This document shows positions 29,781 through 41,388 of a stretch of 64,000 bases of DNA, one piece after another (within the stretch, counting starts at the first letter, position 1; every line of letters begins with the position of its first letter). The DNA is from Polymyxa betae A26-41. Taxonomy: Eukaryota > Protista > Endomyxa: Phytomyxea. Under the pieces are notes generated by a model. The model was not told the DNA's origin. It did not search any database and saw only the letters and a list, made by a program, of their open reading frames with translations. The stretch spans positions 124,001 to 188,000 of the forward strand of contig RBZT01000125.1 of assembly GCA_003693705.1 (NCBI GenBank), written 5' to 3'. Position numbers and translations under genes: made by a program.

Positions 29781-31100
29781 TTAGACGGGGGATGGCTCGC
29801 TCTCGTGGCCACGCTCCGATTCCAGACCGGGATCACGTTCGCGATGGTCGGCTTCGACCTCGACCTCGAGCGATTTGACGCCGACGTTGCGGCGTCGAGG
29901 GATGCGGTACAGACCCATTCGCAGCTTGATATAGGCGAGCGTAGCGGAGGCGACATCGCAGCCCGAGGCGGCTTCGAGGCCCTCAAATCCAGGAGACGAA
30001 TTGATTTCGCAGATCTTGTACGTGTCCTTGTCGATGAGCAGGTCGATACCGGCGATATCCAGGCCTGTCAATCGAGTCGCCTCAAGCACCAGCCATTCGA
30101 CCTGCGGGGAGATCGACACGGGTCGTACCGACCCGCCCTGGTGAACATTGGCTTTGAATCCTTTGTTGGCGACGCGCATCATGGAGGTGACGACTCGGCC
30201 ACCGACGACGAGGACGCGCAGATCGCGACCTTTGCTATGAGAGAGGAATTCCTGAAAGATGAGCGGCTCTTTCGGGTCCAGGAGATCGACCAGATCTTCG
30301 AGGTTCTCGTGATCTTTCACCAGAATGATGCCTTTCCCTTGTGATCCGGAGCTCTTCTTCACAATGATCGGATATTCGAAATGCTGTTCAACGACATCCA
30401 GATTGATGGGGAATTTGGCAAGTAGGGTTTTAGCAATAGGAAGTCCATGAGCTGCCATAACTTGCATAGTTTGAAGCTTATCACGAGAGATCTCAATACT
30501 TTGACAACCATTGAGGACAGTGACACCCATCTTCTCCAATTGGCGAACTACAGCAAGACCGAAATAATCGATGGCAGCACCGGTTCGAACAAGAACAATA
30601 TCCGGCATATCAATCTTTTGCCCATCATAAAGAATATCCTCAAGGCCATCCTTTGTAGCCAGAAGCTCAAATTTCCCGGTCGCCATAATCCGCAAAGTGA
30701 TGTTTCGGGCGAACGATGCTTCCCAAAGACGACGTTTAACCCATCCGGTGAGCTCGTCATCTCTGCCGAGACACCATACCGATAGAGCGGGCTCAGCAAG
30801 CTTCTGTTCATAGAAAGCTGGGTCATAAGCATTGAGCCAGATGACAGAAGGACCACAATGGACCGGCTGAAGGTTATACTTTAGGAATCTCTCAGGGACA
30901 GCGATAGGAATGTTGCCAAGGTGTTGATAGGCCTCGGTCTTGGGTGCAGCTTGAACCAGGCAGGTTGAGAGCTTGCTCTCTAGACAAGCGCGCGTTTTCA
31001 TGAAGACGACAGGCTCCCGACCATCACACACGGACGCAACCGGCGAGGCGTTCGATGAGAAGACGTCATGGACAGGCAGATGGTCGTCATCATGGTCCAT
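29781..31100 (-). CDS. RimK-family ATP-grasp alpha-L-glutamate ligase with N-terminal extension, intronless
   Basis: DKLQTMQVM, GSQGKGI, FQEFLSHSKGRDLRVLVVGG, FKANVHQGG, AGIDLL, CEINSSPGFEGLE. Confidence 0.92.
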   Translation of the reverse strand: MDHDDDHLPVHDVFSSNASPVASVCDGREPVVFMKTRACLESKLSTCLVQAAPKTEAYQHLGNIPIAVPERFLKYNLQPVHCGPSVIWLNAYDPAFYEQKLAEPALSVWCLGRDDELTGWVKRRLWEASFARNITLRIMATGKFELLATKDGLEDILYDGQKIDMPDIVLVRTGAAIDYFGLAVVRQLEKMGVTVLNGCQSIEISRDKLQTMQVMAAHGLPIAKTLLAKFPINLDVVEQHFEYPIIVKKSSGSQGKGIILVKDHENLEDLVDLLDPKEPLIFQEFLSHSKGRDLRVLVVGGRVVTSMMRVANKGFKANVHQGGSVRPVSISPQVEWLVLEATRLTGLDIAGIDLLIDKDTYKICEINSSPGFEGLEAASGCDVASATLAYIKLRMGLYRIPRRRNVGVKSLEVEVEADHRERDPGLESERGHESEPSPV

Positions 31101-32160
31101 GGATTGTGGTTACAAAGGATGGACTGAAGACCGGGGTCGCCAAAGCCCCAACGCCGAACCAAAACCCCATCAATCACGGACTAAAATCTCCACTGTCCGG
31201 TCCGCTCCGTAATCCTGTTCTCTATTGCTACTGATATATGGTAAGTTGTTACTCTAAGATCTTGTCACTACAGTAACATCGACCGGGCTCACTAATGGTC
31301 ATCATGGTCGGGTTGCGACTTTGACCATCCACGCTGACTCCTGCTGCAAATATCCAATGCCGTAATTAGGTTTCGTGATGAGAATCGTCACGCCGAGCTG
31401 GAGTCAAAATACTTCCCTACAACGCCAACGATATCTTACCACTGGCGTACCACAAATATGGCTCTGAAATTGGATCAAATCGTAAATATATTTCATACGA
31501 TTCATCAACAAATTCCTTTGTTGTAAACCCGGTTGTCCATTGTTAAAGCAATACTCCTACGCTATCTTTGCTTAGCCCTCGAACATCACGTCCAACCAAT
31601 ATGGTAGTTTCGGATTTCCCGTATTCGCTCATCTATCCATGATCGTGATGCCGAAACCCGGCCCGTCATCCCTTTCGAGTGAAATCTGCGCATTTCTGTC
31701 CGAAGTCCGTCGACGACGGCGGTCAATTGCAGTCCTGACTTCCCTGTGCCGGCATTCATTGACTTGCTTTTTTAGAGGGACATCATCTCCATCAGTTACT
31801 ACTGAAATCTGTTCTACATATTCTTACTTTTTAGTAAGTCCAGAAGCGCGAGTCTCCTTAGCTTGGAACTCATAGTACGTATGCTTTTTTTCGGCAAATA
31901 CGATTTAACTTTTCAAGAACGTTTATGAAAGTTATCACCAACAACAGTTAAGCCAATTTTGAATCCGAGAATGGCGAGATCCGCGCCAGGGGCGTACCTT
32001 GACTCACTGGATGGGCGTGCGCCCATGCCTGTTCACGCTCAAGTGCTCACCTGGTGCGGAGATCGTTAGAGTGTACCTTTTGCAACGATGTGTCAACATG
32101 TTTTGGCCGCAGTACGTGGTTCGATCATTAGTTAACAGGCGGCACGTTTAGGTTGTGTCC

Positions 32161-32967
32161 ATGGGCACGGAAGAATGGCCCGATTGTACCGATGTTCGCG
32201 AATTCTTCGTCTCGCATGTTCAGGCCGAGACTCGCTTGGACTCGGAACGAATACACGCGATTGTCCAGACGCTTTTAGACGAAGGGCTAGGCACTTTCGG
32301 TGTGCTGCGTGCAATCGTTAAGGAATATTCAACTGACGAATCCGTCAGCGTCGCGAAAATCCTTCACACCTGTATCGAGCCGGCAATGCCTCTGGGCGTC
32401 TGTTTCGTCCTGGCCAAATACCTTCAGAGCAGGAGGCCAAGCGCACAGCCACAGCTGTCGGCCATGAACCTGCTTGTCCAGGCCACGAGGGCGACTGATG
32501 GCGTCAACCCCGACAGCAGCAGCGACGAAGAAGACTATAACAATGGGATGATGAATCGCATATCTGCTGCTGTTGTAACAGCACAGATCAAGCAAGAGTC
32601 ACCGACTGTGGATGGGGTTGCAGCGTCACGTGCTATAAGCACTCCAGTGACTCCACCACCTTCAACTGTTCGACATTCAGGCACCCATGAATGCCCATAC
32701 TGTCCAAAAAGGTAGAGTTCTTTTTCTCTCTCTCTGCCTAGGTCGGCGTCTGAGATTCGAGTCAGGTTTCAGTATTGCCATTTGCAGGACCATATTCGGT
32801 CGCATACAGGCGAGAAACCATTCCGCTGTCCGCATTGCAAGAAGTTCTTCAGCAGGAACAGCACCATGAGAAGGCATGTGAAGAGATTGCATAAGATGCC
32901 GCCGCCAGAATCGCAGCATGTCCCGCCACATGTCCCGCCGGCATCGTATGTAAAAACCGAACAGTAA
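32161..32967 (+). CDS. C2H2 zinc-finger protein (two fingers) with an N-terminal helical domain, 2 exons
   Basis: HECPYCPKR|FQYCHLQDHIRSHTGEKPFRCPHCKKFFSRNSTMRRHVKRLH with the TGEKP linker. Confidence 0.88.
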
Positions 32968-33309
32968 ATAATATATAGCGTTCAAACTTCAAACTGCCCT
33001 CCTGAATTCTCGGTCCGATTATAAAATCCACGTCAGCATATTGTTCGGTCCGCCAGATTCTAGCAAAATGTAACAGCCACAGCTCACGATTCTGCTTCCA
33101 CTTTAGAAATTGGACATCGTCTCTCCTTTAATTATCAAAGACGCGCAGTTTTGCTTAAGGTTCGAGGTTGCAGTGAGCGCTGCCATCCCCGTGAGTTGTA
33201 TAGTGCTGACGTCATTCAGAGATCAGACCCCTTCTTGGCCCCAGCGGGTGTCGCAGCCACCCTTTGATCTTCACATCGCTTTTGACGGTTTGATCGTCCT
33301 CTCTGCACC

Positions 33310-35189
33310 ATGCCCGGCGCTACATCATGGCTGTTTGCGGCTCTGTTGGTCGTCGTATTGGCTTTAGCGCAAGCAGGCGAAGATTATTATAAAATCCTGG
33401 TTTGTGTTCTGGTTCGGATGATTCGCCGCGATGCTGAGTCGTCTCGGCAGGGACTCAACCGTCAGGCCACAGATGATGATATCAAGAAATCGTTCAGAAA
33501 GCTGGCTGTAAAATATCATCCAGATAAGAATAAAGAACCGGATGCAGCAGATAAATTCGCCAAGATCAGCCACGGTAGATAATCCCTAAGGTCTCTATAT
33601 CCATTAACTGAATCATTGTTTGCCAGCTTATGAAGTATTAAGCGATAAAGAGAAGAGGCAGGTGTATGATTCCTGGGGAGAGGAAGGTCTCACAGGAAAT
33701 GGAGGTGGTGGTGGCGGCCGCCAGGGATTTGGCGGCGGCAGATCACATTTCCAATTCACCGATCCATCTGAGATTTTCAGACAGTAATCTTGACAATTTC
33801 TACCCCCGATTCACTGCTAATGATAATCAGGTTCTTTGGCCAACAAGGAGCTGGATTTGGTGGGCCAAATAGTTTCACGACGTTCAGTTCGGGTCCAGGA
33901 GGATTCGGCGGCGGTCATGGCTTTGGTGGTGGCCATCATGGTTTTGGTGGTGGCCATCATGGATTTGGTGGGGGAGGCCAGAGGTTCCAACAGACTTCTC
34001 GAGAACCGTTATTTGGTGATGACTCTCAGGTTTCCCAATTAACATCATCGAATTGGGACCAAATCATCAGAAAGGATAAAGTCGGACCTGAACTTGATCA
34101 TGAGACACGCCTGCTTATTACTTTTACAGGATGTCGCGCTGATAATGTTCTATTCGCCACGAATTGAACGCTCCCATTCATTAAAAGACGTGTTCGAAAA
34201 GGTTGCCGCAGAAATGAAAGGAACTGCCATCGTTGGTGCAGTCAACTGTGATGAGGAAGCGGGACTATGTAGGAGGCATGGTGTCACCTCAGAACTACCT
34301 TCTGTTAAATTATTTGGATACCGTATGCACGATCGACCGGAAACCGTCTCGGATCGGAAAGTGAAAGGTCTCTATCGTACCATATCCGATGCCATTCCTT
34401 CATTTGTGAAGAAATTGGATCAACAGACGTGGTTTGTTTTTAAAAGGTAATCATTTACTAATAGTGCATTCTGTCGAAAACATTGTTTACTGAATCTATT
34501 TCAGAGAAGCTGAGAATCGACCCAGAGTGATATTCTTGACAAAAAATCCCGATCATAGCTCGAATCTCATTCGCGCTCTGTCTTCTGAGTTTTACGAACA
34601 TGCCGTATTTGGCCAGGGAGACGTTCAGGATTCACTCTTCACGAGTGAATTCAGCGAACTTCCAAGGAATTCGGATCCGAAGCTCATCTTCCAGGCTGTT
34701 TTACCCAGTGGGGGCCTCAAAGGGTTTCTTTACAAAGGAAAGTTGGAATTCAAACCGATGAAGAAATTCTTATCAAAGTTGCTGAAGAAGTACAAAGGGC
34801 AAGAGAAGTCATCAGATTCGAGTTCTGGCCAAGTTATCCAGTTTACATCGAAGTCTTCTTTGAGGAAGTCCGGCATCAATGTCTTACTCTGCTTAAAATC
34901 ATCTAGCGATCAGAAGAAATGGAATTCGATTTTGAAGCAACTCGCCAAGAAGTATAAGAACGACGCCGTCCAGATTTTATGGGGTTTAACATCGGTCTCG
35001 GATTTGCAACAGTTTGGGCTGAAGGACGATTCTTGGTTGGTCTGGTCCGTGAAGAAAGACAAGTTCGCAACCAAGCCAACTCGCGAAGCGAAAGACTTAA
35101 ACTCGGTTTCGTCATGGGTTGATCGAGCTTTGGGCGGCGACCTTTCTCTGCGTCGTATCTCTGATCTGAATTTAAGAGACGAGCTGTAA
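33310..35189 (+). CDS. ER-luminal DnaJ protein with G/F region and thioredoxin-like folds (ERdj3A/ERdj5-like)
   Basis: Signal peptide, [25 protein letters not shown] repeats, GAVNCDEE thioredoxin-fold segment, C-terminal RDEL. Confidence 0.88.
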
Positions 35190-35601
35190 ACATAAATGAT
35201 AAATTCGATTTATTTAAGGATGACGTTCTGCATTCTCATGTTCAACTCAACCTTAGGGCATAATGAGTTTATTTGCACGTTAATTGAAAAATTCCAATTT
35301 TGCAGAGGTCAGCTACTGATAGTCGTTTGGGGCGCCCTGATCATCTGATCATCTATCATGGGGGCCCCGGCCTCCTCAGAACGGCCTCCCCTTCCATCAT
35401 TAGCATCATCTTGCAACATTTCTCGCAATCTTTTCACCATTTTAATCAGCATATGCAGGTGTTCAGGGCATTCACCTTCCGGGCCCGGCGACACCTGTCT
35501 CAGTACAACCCGGCGTCGGCATTCGCACCGGTCTCTGACTCCATGCTCGTGGCATTATCTAAGCAGCACGCCATTGGTCGGTTTCCATTTCGCGTTGCAA
35601 C

Positions 35602-36504
35602 ATGGCGATTTATCGTTATACAGGTGGTGCTTCTAGTCATTCCGAGCTTGTTAAGCAACTCGAATCCAGCGGCTTGCTTTGTTCTACGGCAGTTCGAGCC
35701 GCATTTGCTGCCATCGACCGGGCTAAGCTCGTCCCGCCTGGGCTAGAAGACCCGCGGATTATATACGATAATCGTGCTATACGTTATGGGCCTGCAGGCA
35801 GCTTGTGCTCGCCATCCATGCAGGTCATTGTCTTGGAACATCTTTCATCTGCAATTGGGGATGGTAAGAGAGCTCTGGACATCGGAACAGGCACCGGAGC
35901 TATGGCCATTCTCATGGCTGAAATGGGCGCCATCGTCGATGCAATCGATATCGATCCTGATGCGATTGCCAGCGCCTCGGAACGCCATAAACATGCTAGA
36001 ATCAATTGGCGTCAACAAGACGCATTTGAGATGGATGTGGGCGAGTACGACTGCATTCATGTGGGTGCTTGTGTTGATTTTGTGCCCGATTCTTGGCTGC
36101 ATCTTCTGAAAGTCGGCGGTACGATGTCTGTACCTATTGGACGGCCAGATTGCGAACAGACCTTGATCAAACTGACAAAAACAGCGGACCTCCTAGATGG
36201 TCGGCATATTATTCTTCGAAATGCGATCCAGGCGTGTAAATATGAGCCGATGCGATCGCGATCTACGATCTCTGTGAGGATGGGCATGATGTTTTCACGG
36301 GCGATATCGACTGACACTGCTTAGAATATGCAGGCGCAATCTGCTCATAATCACGTTGATGTCAAACAAGAATTGCAAGATTGGTATAAAGCGTTCACGA
36401 GTCGTCTCGGGCGCAAACCAAATCTGAACGACATGAAGTCTGACGAGCGCGTTTCAGATCTTCTAGCCCAATACCGGAAACAATCAAAGCCCAGAAGGTC
36501 ATAG
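35602..36504 (+). CDS. Protein-L-isoaspartate O-methyltransferase-like protein with C-terminal extension, 2 exons
   Basis: SHSELVKQLESSG, AIDRAKLVP, ALDIGTGTG, YDCIHVGA, LKVGGTMSVPIG; intron 36274-36324 adds a 59-aa tail. Confidence 0.85.
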
Positions 36505-36661
36505 GTTTTAGAAAGAGCCTTTTGAATGAATTCTATTATTTAATTGTAGCATAGCAGATTTACAGTTTAACTAAATTTAAAATCCTCTTAATTTCTGCGT
36601 GTCGTCATTTTGCGTTGCTGCCGTTGCCGTTATTAGAAAGACGATAGCTTTGCCTGTCGTC

Positions 36662-37345
36662 ATGCAGATTTCATTACGAATCAGCTCTTTACTAGAGACT
36701 CGAGCACTAGCATCATTTATGTCTAGCCGTTGCTTGCCTGGAGATTGTTTCACGCTCTCAGGTAAAATTGGCGTCGGCAAGACTCAATTCTCTCGCCAGT
36801 AGGGTACATTGATTATTGTCGATCGGTAATTGCTGATCTGTGGTTCGAAAGTTTTCTGCAATGCTATACGTCAATCGCCGACCTGGAGGTACCATCCCCG
36901 ACGTTCATTTTAGATTTTGTATATAAGCACAAAGGCAACGTGTATCGTGCTATTTCAAAATCGGGTTAGCTTTGAATGTTGATATCGTTTAGGGTTCATC
37001 ACATGGATCTTTATCGTCTTACAACCCCTCAACAGCTGGACGTTTTAAATCTCGATACCATCTTCAAATCTGGTATGCATCAACTGCAAATACTATGTCG
37101 CTGTCCATGTGACTGCTGTGCCAGATATTAGTCTTATTGAGTGGCCTGATCGACTTGGAGAAAGGATTCCTCAAAATCGACTGGATATTACAATTTTTGA
37201 CGAATCGGATTCAGCTCGATGCGAAAGCAGAATATTCCATTTGCAGAGTTTTACACCTCGTTGGTCAGAGATGCTGAAGGAAATCTCAACTAAATACGAG
37301 ATTACTGATGGTTGCATGTCAGAATCGCCTACTTTCAACCCGTAA
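36662..37345 (+). CDS. tsaE: TsaE/YjeE-family P-loop ATPase, 4 exons
   Basis: LSGKIGVGKTQFSR, VPSPTFIL, HHMDLYRL, LIEWPDRL; three GT-AG introns. Confidence 0.9.
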
Positions 37346-37362
37346 AATACATTTGGCCTGTA

Positions 37363-38815
37363 TTATGTTATTCTAGGTTCGACTCCACAGGGGAAATCTA
37401 CAATGGCGTCCGGCCATCGAGTTTGAACCACCTCCCGAAGTCCTCTACCTGCGCTCAAGCCTTGAGGAATGCCTTCAGCATCGATTACTTGTACTGCAAC
37501 TTCCGTACACTGAACATGCGCGCCTTGATGATTCTCAATGCCGTTATAGTGATAAAGCAAAAATTCTTGAGGTCCTAACGGTTTCGTACTGCAGTTTGTG
37601 GACACAGGAATTTGAAGCTTTGCTGTAAAACATACTTCGCACACCTCGGCTTGCGGTTCGTTGATGTATGTACAAGCGGAACAAGACCAGCAGTCATTAT
37701 CTGAGGATCCGCTCTGTAATGCATTCCATAGAGACTGCCATAGAACAACACCAGTTCCTTCAGGGTCAACTTGATATTTAAACTGTTCGAACTGTTGCCC
37801 AGAAGTTAACTCGGTACGTCTGAGACTTGATAGAAGATCGCCAAGGTCGTTGATAGAAATGAAACCAGAATCAGACTCATCATATCGGGAGAAGTCAGCG
37901 TGGGCACAATGCTCCAAGGCTTGGCTATCGGAAATTTTGCCAACCTCCAAGTCCATTGAGAATAGGATCGTATAATGGCTCGAGCTGGCAATGATCCAAA
38001 TTGGAAGTTCTGGATATCGACACCAATTGCCGACCTATAAGGTTCTCAATACAACATAAACCTCCTCATAATGAATACCTTCTGGTACTGTAATACTTCA
38101 AGCTCGCTAAGAAGCCCGATAGGACCACGAGCAGGTACACCACAGATTTCCACATTGGGCGACAACATTCGCTTGCCATCGAATAAATGTGATACTGCTC
38201 TTCCAAAAAGACATAGATTCGCAAGCTCTTGTGTCCCATGTCCAAATCGGCTCACAAGCGGATCGCTGTCGTAGCTCAAACTGATCAATAAGTATAAGTT
38301 CCTAATCAAACAGTCACTTCCATGAAGTTCGTACTCTGTCCGAACGCCTTCAACAGTTCTCGTCAAAATCAAAGAGCGAACGAATGCCATAACAGATCCA
38401 GCATCTTCAAGTCTGCATTTACCAATGGCCACAGTAAGAGTTTCCGTTGACGAATACTGCTGTCCATCCCAGAAGGCACCCGATGCTTGATCTGGTCGCG
38501 CCCTCCATAAAATATTCGATAAGGCATTGCATAGAGTTTGCTTACACTCCAGAGCCGAAGGTTCAGGCATCAGGTCCTTTCCAAGCTTGATTCTTTTAGT
38601 TAACGGTCCGTAAGCGAAATGATTGCAGAGATTACCAGATTTGCTAAAATAAAGCCTTGAACAGGAGCTAACACAGCACACGGGCCGCCCTGGTGCTGTC
38701 GCAAACCCCAAACGACAGTCGACGAGAACACGAACCCCTCCTGGAGCCATCGTTGGACATCCTCCTGGACTGGGTTCGGCCCGAATATCAGCGTCTGGAT
38801 CTCATCGCTGCTCAT
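37363..38815 (-). CDS. MINDY3: MINDY-3 (FAM188A) deubiquitinase with EF-hand and NZF/RanBP2-type finger
   Basis: GLRQHQGGPCAVLAPVQ (catalytic Cys), GHGTQELANLCLFGRAVS, PIWIIASSSHYTILFS (His), YDESDSGFI, LYHYNGI, VVQTRWP. Confidence 0.9.
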
Positions 38816-39128
38816 TGTTTAACAGCTGCTCGTCTATCACAATGATGAAGATCAATGCGGGGTCTCAGTCCCTGATCTGATTCACCCCAGCACCCCAAAC
38901 AGAAAGACGAGTTTAACGTTACATTGCGCTGGGTAACCAAACCCACTTTTAGGGTTTAACTCTTTTCTAGCCTGAGCTTTCATGCAAATCAGAATATTCT
39001 TTAGAGCAAGATCATCTACCTGCGCTCTCTTTTGATGTCAAACCATTATTCGGGTAGGTTCTATTGGTGATTGTTTCTGTGTACTTACATCATTTCCGAA
39101 AGCTGTTATTCCTTGCAAGAGAGCTTCA

Positions 39129-40539
39129 TCAGCTGTTAGACGATATCGTGCTACTATTTATTGGTATCATTATGGCCCATGATAACTGTGTCGCTCATAT
39201 CCGAATGTACGTCATCAGAGCTGCTAGATTCGGAGGCGTCGAAGTTGAATTCTTTCTTCATAATTTCGATTTGGCCCTGGATTTCCAGATTCCTCTGTTT
39301 AGCAGCTTCTAAGTCTGCTGCGGCTCCGACTGCATCATAAGTATCAAAGAAGAGCTCGATATAGAAATCATTTTGTTTTTTGTCCTAAAGCAGACCATCT
39401 TAGTTTCAAAAAGGAATTTTTGAACACATTGTCACCTTATTGATTTTATCGAGTTCGTCTTTGGTTAGCCTGAGATAACCATGTTTAATAAAGTGCATAT
39501 TGATCCAGCAAGAGAATTTATGGGTTTTGGACAATAGCGTTTTCGAGGAGAATTTCAGTAGGACATCCTTTACGACCAGAATATCGCTAAATTCTATATC
39601 GAATACAGTGGTGGAATCGCCTTTAGGCGATCTCCACACATACTTCCACGAATCTGAATTCCATTCGCCCATACCATCGCACTTCACTAGCAGATGATCG
39701 ATTTTCGGCGCATCCGGCGATAATGCGACCTTGACGAGTTTCTGGGCGACTGGCGGGGGTAAGGTCTTGCCAATCTTCTTCAGCTTTAAATATTCTTCAT
39801 AATAGTACCTAACAATTGACACTAAGTTTAAGAACAACAATCTGAAACAAGCGGTAATTACACCCATCTTCGTTGGCTTGGTATCGTCACTCCTTTACTA
39901 TTGAATGTACGAACAAATCCATAGTAACTATCAATGTTTCGGTTAGACAGGTAATCGCAAGGCAATGGACTGGGTAGCACACCTAAGAGCTTGCGAAGCA
40001 TGATTCCACATTCCACAATACAATAAATAAGTAGCTATAGTAACTCCTGTCCGGCCTTTGCCAGCTTTGCAATGGATGACGACAATGTTCTTCGGATCGG
40101 CTGTCATCCACTGATGGACATCCTCCAGGAATACGTTCATGCGATCGAAGGCCGGGCATGTGTGGTCGTCGAATGGGAATCTCATGCATCGGTCGTGGAA
40201 TTTTGACGAATCGTACGACCTCTCCGAGCAGAGATTGTAGACCTTATAATGACCTTTATGGCGCGTCTCCAGGAAATTTTGCACATCTTTCATATCGTTT
40301 CTGTATATCGACTCGAGGCCTTGCGACGGAAATCCCATGGCGATGATTCGATCAGTGATATAGGTGAGATCCAGATCGAAGCCGTCCGCGACGAATCGTC
40401 TCTTCTTCTTTGAGACCTTCGCTTTGATCGTCAGCATCACATTCCCGCTGCGATCCGGGTGCCGGCGGTGCGTCGATTCAATCTTGGCCAGCTGTTCGCG
40501 GGCCTTGCGTTCGGCTTCCTGGTCGATCGACAGCGACAT
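39129..40539 (-). CDS. PTEN: PTEN-family phosphoinositide phosphatase with C2 domain
   Basis: VSKKKRRFVADGFDLDLTYITDRIIAMGFP, FPFDDH, HCKAGKGRTG, GVTIPSQRR. Confidence 0.95.
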
Positions 40540-40973
40540 CGTCGTTGTCGAGCCCCGGTCCTGTCTTTGGAGGCAGCACAACGAATACAAGGAAATGATA
40601 TGGGCACTATTAGTCACAGACGGCGCCCCTACAATACCGAGCCAGGGCAAGGGGCAGCCGCCACCCCACCACCCCATCCTTCCAGATCTTTATCGGCGCT
40701 TAAATGCAATGCCATTTTTTGTATAACGGGCTTGTCCCCAGAAACAATCCAATCGCAGACCCGAGATCGTTCTGGAAGTTCTCGCATGGCTTAACAGGCG
40801 GAGTCTAGACCTCGGATAGGTAGAGGCACCGCCAGGCGTCAATGTTATCTGTTGTTAACATTACGACGCCTATTACAACCATGATTTGATTTGTAATCTG
40901 CTAAATGTAAAAGCAACCAAATGATGAGAGAAACCCCTCCTGTGACGACCGTCCCCATAATTCAATCGCCGTC

Positions 40974-41315
40974 ATGTCCGCTGAACCCGATAATAATGCA
41001 TTCGAGGCCACCGATCAAGTCACCGGCGAAGCCCAGGCACAAAACAACGCTAGGGTGGTGATTCGCAAGTCGGACATGCCCATGGTCATGCAAAAAGAAG
41101 CGATTGCTGTGATCGTTGAAAAGCTGCAAAAGGTCCCGTCCGAGAAGGACGCTGCGACGCTCATTAAAACGGCGTTTGATAACAAGTTTCCGAAATCGAC
41201 CTGGCATTGCGTCGTTGGGAAACATTTCGCCGCCTCCATCACTCATCAAACCAATTGCCAGCTCTTCGTATCGGTTGATGCCCACACCGTCATGTTGTTC
41301 AAATCGCAAGACTAA
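40974..41315 (+). CDS. Dynein light chain type 1 (LC8 family)
   Basis: IRKSDMPMVMQKEA...IKTAFDNKFPKSTWHCVVGKHFAASITH...MLFKS. Confidence 0.92.
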   Translation: MSAEPDNNAFEATDQVTGEAQAQNNARVVIRKSDMPMVMQKEAIAVIVEKLQKVPSEKDAATLIKTAFDNKFPKSTWHCVVGKHFAASITHQTNCQLFVSVDAHTVMLFKSQD

Positions 41316-41388
41316 ATCAGCGCAATCACAGGAAACATAAAAAGCTAAACACATGCTTAACGACAAGGCAGGACAAAAAATAAATTTT

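Noticed and set aside
35309-35555. Small minus-strand ORF between the DnaJ and PCMT genes (similar candidates at 24720-24990 and 28430-28770)
   Set aside because: Each needs an atypical intron or lacks an ATG, and none has a recognisable domain.
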